In this document: one piece after another, positions 14,305-18,311 of the stretch | Numbering within the stretch: the first letter of the stretch is position 1 | Layout: each line of letters opens with the position of its first letter | Source of the DNA: an uncultured Thermococci archaeon | GTDB lineage: Archaea > Methanobacteriota_B > Thermococci > Thermococcales > Thermococcaceae | Direction: 5' to 3' | Length of the DNA stretch: 18,311 nucleotides | Assembly: GCA_964487115.1 (NCBI GenBank) | Contig: CAZAPD010000101.1 | Location: 1-18,311, forward strand | The notes under the pieces: model-generated | What the model was told of the DNA's origin: nothing | Databases searched by the model: none | What the model saw: only the letters and a program-made list of their open reading frames with translations | Position numbers and translations under genes: made by a program

Positions 14305-14980
14305 ACAGCTCAAGAGTTTCCCCCGGCCTGAGGATCACAACCTCTGACAGGTTTCCAACAAGTTCTCTAAATTCTTCGGGATCCTTTGCAATTGGCGGCC
14401 AAGTGTTGTAGTGCATTGGAATGACGTATTTTGGCTTCAGCAACTCAACAGCCTTAGCCGCTTCCTTTGGTCCCATTGTGAAATGTCCTCCAATCGGAAG
14501 CAGGGCAACGTCAATACCATAGAGCTCGCCGAAGAGTTTCATGTCCCCGAAGACATAGGTATCTCCTGCATGGTAGATTGTTACACCATCAAGCTCCACG
14601 ATGTAGCCGCATGCATTGCCCACCATAAAGCCTTCCTCACCGCCACTTGAGTGCCATGCAGGAACCTGAACTATCTTCACCCCATCAACTTCCGTAGGAC
14701 CGTAATTCATTCCTATAGCTGTTATCCCCTTGTTCTTTTTAGCGAGATAGTTTGCTATATCAAACATCGCCACGATTTTTGCTCCTGTTTTCTGTGCAAT
14801 TTGCACAGCATCACCAACATGGTCGCCATGCATGTGGGTGACGAGAATCAAATCAACCTCCTCAAGGTCTTCCGGCTTCACTGCTGCAGCTGGATTTCCT
14901 GTTAAGAATGGGTCAATAAGGATTTTTCTGCTCCCTTCAATCTCAAAGGCGGCGTGCCCGAGAAATCTAATTTTCACCAT
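14303..14980 (-). CDS. Metallo-beta-lactamase-fold metal-dependent hydrolase (UPF0173-like), 225 aa
   Basis: FLGHAAF, ILIDPF, THMHGDH (HxHxDH), PAWHSS, YHAGDT, LLPIGGHFTMGP, IPMHY. Start ATG 14980 after GGTGGTGGAG. Confidence 0.92.
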   Translation of the reverse strand: MVKIRFLGHAAFEIEGSRKILIDPFLTGNPAAAVKPEDLEEVDLILVTHMHGDHVGDAVQIAQKTGAKIVAMFDIANYLAKKNKGITAIGMNYGPTEVDGVKIVQVPAWHSSGGEEGFMVGNACGYIVELDGVTIYHAGDTYVFGDMKLFGELYGIDVALLPIGGHFTMGPKEAAKAVELLKPKYVIPMHYNTWPPIAKDPEEFRELVGNLSEVVILRPGETLEL

Positions 14981-15157
14981 CTCCACCACCGGATATAATA
15001 ACCTCAGGCCATTACTTAAGTATTTCGCAGGAGAAGAGAGGGTAGCAGAAATGAAGATTAGTCTTTTTTCTATTTTTATCCATTGATGCTTTATTATGCT
15101 CATTAAAGCTTTGTTATTACATATCCATGCCCAAAAATACCTCACTGCACTCCTTAG

Positions 15158-15171
15158 GAAAGCTTATATAG
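15158..15171 (+). promoter_or_regulatory. BRE-TATA for acdA-iorA
   Basis: GAAAGC-TTATATAG about 35 nt before ATG 15206. Confidence 0.65.
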
Positions 15172-15205
15172 ACTTTCACCGAGGTTCATCACGGTGATTG
15201 TAAAA

Positions 15206-16579
15206 ATGCTTGACTATTTCTTCACACCAAAAGCCATTGCCGTTATAGGCGCTTCAAATGATCCCCTTAAACTCGGTTATGAGGTGTTTAAAAATCTAAA
15301 AAGCTACAAAAAAGGGAAGGTATATCCAGTAAACGTCAAAGATGATGTTGTGCAGGGAGTAAAAGCCTACAGGAGTGTCAGAGAAATACCAGATGATGTG
15401 GATTTAGCAGTTATCATTGTTCCAAAGAGGTTCGTTAAGCAAACAATAATCGACTGTGGCGAGAAGGGGGTTAAAGGAATAATCCTTATTACAGCCGGCT
15501 TTGGTGAAGTCGGGGAAGAAGGAAAGCGTGAAGAGCGCGAACTCGTTGAAATAGCCCATAAATATGGTATGCGTATAGTAGGTCCTAACTGTGTGGGCAT
15601 AATGAACACCCACAACAACATGAATGCAACTTTTGTCATGAATGCCAAAAAGGGAGATATAGCCTTTATAAGCCAGAGTGGAGCCTTAGGAGCAGGAATC
15701 CTATACAAAACAATTAAAGAAGGAATTGGATTTTCAAAGTTCATAAGCATAGGAAACATGGCGGATCTGGACTTTGCAGACTTAATGGAAGCTTTAGCCA
15801 ACGATGAGCAAAGCAAAGCCATAGCCTTATACATAGAAGGCCTGAAGGATGGGAGACGCTTCATGGAAGTTGGCAAGAGGGTCAGCAAAAATAAGCCAGT
15901 CATAGTACTTAAAGCCGGGAAGAGTGAAAGCGGAGCGAGGGCTGCTTCAAGCCACACAGGTTCTCTCGCTGGCTCCTACAGGATATATGAAGCTGCATTC
16001 AAGCAGAGCGGAGTTCTTGTTGCCGAAACTATAGACGATATGCTTAGCATGGCGAGGGCATTCACCCAACCACTTCCAAAGGGTAAGAGAGTTGCAATAA
16101 TGACAAACGCAGGTGGTCCGGGTGTTCTGACAGCAGACGCAATTGATAAGCATGGCCTCAAGCTGGCAGATCTTGAAAAGAAAACCATTGAAAGTCTCAG
16201 ATCATTCCTTCCACCAATGGCGGCTGTGAAAAACCCTGTCGACATGATAGCAAGTGCCAGAGGAGAAGATTATTACAGAACAGCGAAACTCCTTCTCGAA
16301 GACCCTAACGTTGATATGCTCATAGCAATTTGCGTTGTACCGACCTTTGCAGGTATGACACAGACTGAACATGCGGAGGGAGTTATTAAAGCCATGAAAG
16401 AAGTTAATAAGGGTAAACCTGTTCTTGGCCTCTTTATGGCAGGATATGTTAGCGAACCTGCCAAGGAACTGCTCGAGAAGAATGGAATTCCAAGCTATGA
16501 GAGGCCAGAGGATGTGGCTTCGGCTGCTTATGCCCTTGTAGAGTTTGCCACAAATACTGGAATTGTAAAGGAGGAATGA
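15206..16579 (+). CDS. acdA: ADP-forming acyl-CoA synthetase alpha subunit (probably ACS II, aryl-CoA type)
   Basis: AVIGAS, YPVN, ITAGFGE, GPNCVG, SQSGA, ASSHTGSLAG (phospho-His), TNAGGPG, NPVD. Start ATG 15206 after GGTGAT. The ACS II call is inferred from adjacency to iorA. Confidence 0.93.
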   Translation: MLDYFFTPKAIAVIGASNDPLKLGYEVFKNLKSYKKGKVYPVNVKDDVVQGVKAYRSVREIPDDVDLAVIIVPKRFVKQTIIDCGEKGVKGIILITAGFGEVGEEGKREERELVEIAHKYGMRIVGPNCVGIMNTHNNMNATFVMNAKKGDIAFISQSGALGAGILYKTIKEGIGFSKFISIGNMADLDFADLMEALANDEQSKAIALYIEGLKDGRRFMEVGKRVSKNKPVIVLKAGKSESGARAASSHTGSLAGSYRIYEAAFKQSGVLVAETIDDMLSMARAFTQPLPKGKRVAIMTNAGGPGVLTADAIDKHGLKLADLEKKTIESLRSFLPPMAAVKNPVDMIASARGEDYYRTAKLLLEDPNVDMLIAICVVPTFAGMTQTEHAEGVIKAMKEVNKGKPVLGLFMAGYVSEPAKELLEKNGIPSYERPEDVASAAYALVEFATNTGIVKEE

Positions 16580-16590
16580 GGTGATTCTGG

Positions 16591-18311
16591 ATGGCAAAGG
16601 TTACGGACATTGTGTTATGGGACAAACCGGGGGAAAAAGTTCTCCTTTTGGGTAATCAAGCAATTGTCAGAGGTGCTCTTGAAGGCAATATAGCGGTCTT
16701 TGCCGCCTATCCCGGGACACCAAGCTCTGAGGTTACTGACACGATGGCAGCTGTTGCAGAGAGAGCAGGCGTTTATATGGAGTATTCCACCAACGAGAAG
16801 GTTGCCTTTGAGACTGCCCTATCTGCATCATGGGCAGGATTAAGAGCAATGACAGCAATGAAGCACGTTGGATTAAACGTTGCAGCTGATACACTCCTCA
16901 GTGCCGTCGGCATGGGTGTTGAAGGTGGATTCGTCATAATGGTTGCTGATGATCCAAGTCAGTGGAGCAGTCAGAACGAGCAGGACACAAGAGTTTATGG
17001 AAAGTTTGCCCTTGTTCCCGTCTTAGAGCCAATCTCCCCTAATGAAGCAAAGGAAATGGTAAAGTATGCCTTTGAACTGAGCGAGAAATTCAAACACTTT
17101 GTGATACTGAGAACAACCACGAGGAGTTCTCATGCAAGAGGAGATGTTGAGCTTGGAGAACTCCCAGAAGAAATAAAACAGGCAAAGAGAAAATTTGGAG
17201 CATTCAAAAAGAATCCACAGAGATTTGTTGGGATACCTGCCCATTCAAGGCTTTTCCATCCCAAAATACTTGAGAAGATTGAACTCATAAGAAAGGAACT
17301 TGCAGAGTGCCCGTTCAATTGGATTGAAGGCGATGAAAACGCAAAATTTGGTATAATCGCTCCGGGATTGAGCTATGCATACGTAAAGGAGGCCTTAGCA
17401 TGGCTCGGTATTGAAAACCTCAAGATTCTTAAACTTGGCACTCCATTCCCGGTTCCGTACAAACTGCTTGAGAAGTTTTTTGATGGTCTGGAAAAAGTTC
17501 TCATCGTTGAGGAGCTTGAACCAGTCGTCGAGGAACAAGTTAAAGTATGGGCATTTGAAAACGATGTGAGGATACCAATTCATGGAAAAGACATCGTTCC
17601 AAGGATATACGAGATGACCACGAGAAGAGCTGTTGAGGCCATAGCAAAGTTCCTCGGCCTTGAGACTCCGATAAACTTCGAGGATCTCGACGAGAAGTAC
17701 AAGAAAGTTCAGGCAATGGTTCCGCCGAGGCCGCCTTCACTCTGTCCAGCTTGTCCGCACAGAAACACATTCTATGCCATAAAGAAGGCCGCAACAGCCA
17801 GAGCTATATTCCCAAGCGACATAGGCTGCTATACGCTGGGTGTACTACCGCCACTTAATGCTGTTGATACCACCGTAGCTATGGGAGCCTCCATCGGAAT
17901 AGGTCATGGCCTCAGCATAGCCCTGAACGGTTCCGTTGCAGAGGCGGAGCACAAAAAAGGTAAGGAAAAGAAGATCGTGGTTGCAACGATAGGCGACTCG
18001 ACGTTCTTCCACACAGGACTTCCGGCTTTAGCGAATGCTATCTACAACCGCTCCAACGTTCTCGTAGTAGTTGTCGACAACCTCGTCACAGCAATGACCG
18101 GCGACCAGCCCAACCCCGGAACCGGTGAAACACCACACGGAGCGGGCAAGCAGATAAAGATCGAGGAGGTCGCAAAAGCAATGGGCGCGGATTTTGTTGC
18201 CGTTGTCGATCCATATGATATCAAGACCACTGTTGAAACCATAAAGAAGGCTCTTCAAGTTGAAGGTGTTAGTGTGGTGGTCTCAAGACGTGTCTGTGCC
18301 CTCCACAGGAT
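16591..18311 (+). CDS. iorA: Indolepyruvate:ferredoxin oxidoreductase alpha subunit, 3'-truncated by the window edge (not in the ORF track)
   Basis: Translated by hand from ATG 16591 (SD GAGGTGA): MAKVTDIVLWDKPGEKVLLLGNQAIVRGALE, YPGTPSSE, NEKVAFE, MKHVGLNVAAD, SSQNEQD, RPPSLCPACPHR, DIGCY and the TPP motif IGDSTFFHTG...VVDN. The same frame reaches the window end. Confidence 0.95.
   Translation, partial: MAKVTDIVLWDKPGEKVLLLGNQAIVRGALEGNIAVFAAYPGTPSSEVTDTMAAVAERAGVYMEYSTNEKVAFETALSASWAGLRAMTAMKHVGLNVAADTLLSAVGMGVEGGFVIMVADDPSQWSSQNEQDTRVYGKFALVPVLEPISPNEAKEMVKYAFELSEKFKHFVILRTTTRSSHARGDVELGELPEEIKQAKRKFGAFKKNPQRFVGIPAHSRLFHPKILEKIELIRKELAECPFNWIEGDENAKFGIIAPGLSYAYVKEALAWLGIENLKILKLGTPFPVPYKLLEKFFDGLEKVLIVEELEPVVEEQVKVWAFENDVRIPIHGKDIVPRIYEMTTRRAVEAIAKFLGLETPINFEDLDEKYKKVQAMVPPRPPSLCPACPHRNTFYAIKKAATARAIFPSDIGCYTLGVLPPLNAVDTTVAMGASIGIGHGLSIALNGSVAEAEHKKGKEKKIVVATIGDSTFFHTGLPALANAIYNRSNVLVVVVDNLVTAMTGDQPNPGTGETPHGAGKQIKIEEVAKAMGADFVAVVDPYDIKTTVETIKKALQVEGVSVVVSRRVCALHR

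Noticed and set aside
14981..15145. 55-aa N-terminal extension of the MBL hydrolase
   Set aside because: Spans AT-rich divergent promoter DNA; the family N-terminus and an SD point to ATG 14980.
15367..18258. Numerous minus-strand ORFs of 62-196 aa, and similar short antisense ORFs elsewhere in the window
   Set aside because: They lie opposite well-supported genes (acdA, iorA, GT4 and others) and have no motifs; this is the expected antisense shadow.
1..18311. CRISPR array, IS/transposase, integrase, intein, tRNA/rRNA, frameshifted pseudogene
   Set aside because: No repeat-spacer periodicity, mobile-element protein, oversized insertion or broken frame seen. Small C/D-box sRNAs cannot be excluded without a covariance-model search.

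Overview
Archaeal chromosomal DNA, almost certainly Thermococcales, judged from BRE/TATA promoters, GGTGA/GGAGG Shine-Dalgarno (SD) sites and the gene repertoire. Gene order: hypothetical and gcvH (-); an 8-gene stand-alone Mrp/Mbh-type antiporter operon with no redox module (+); AbrB-ACT protein (-); CPA2 antiporter with a non-canonical ion-binding motif (+); pdaD-speD-speE polyamine cluster (+); TrmB-like HTH regulator (-), sharing a perfect 20-bp palindromic BRE-TATA with a UbiA prenyltransferase / PIG-A-like GT4 / creatininase-family amidohydrolase / membrane protein operon (+); acidic hypothetical (+); 51-aa C2H2 zinc finger missed by the ORF track (+); membrane-anchored CWB2-TM-wHTH protein (-); MBL-fold hydrolase (-); ADP-forming acyl-CoA synthetase alpha and iorA (+, iorA runs off the window). 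I saw no IS element, CRISPR array, tRNA or rRNA. The best candidate for an undescribed system is the UbiA-GT4-amidohydrolase operon, inferred to make a GPI-core-like (glucosaminyl-inositol, possibly prenylated) archaeal lipid head group. All product calls come from motif recognition by eye; no database searches were run.
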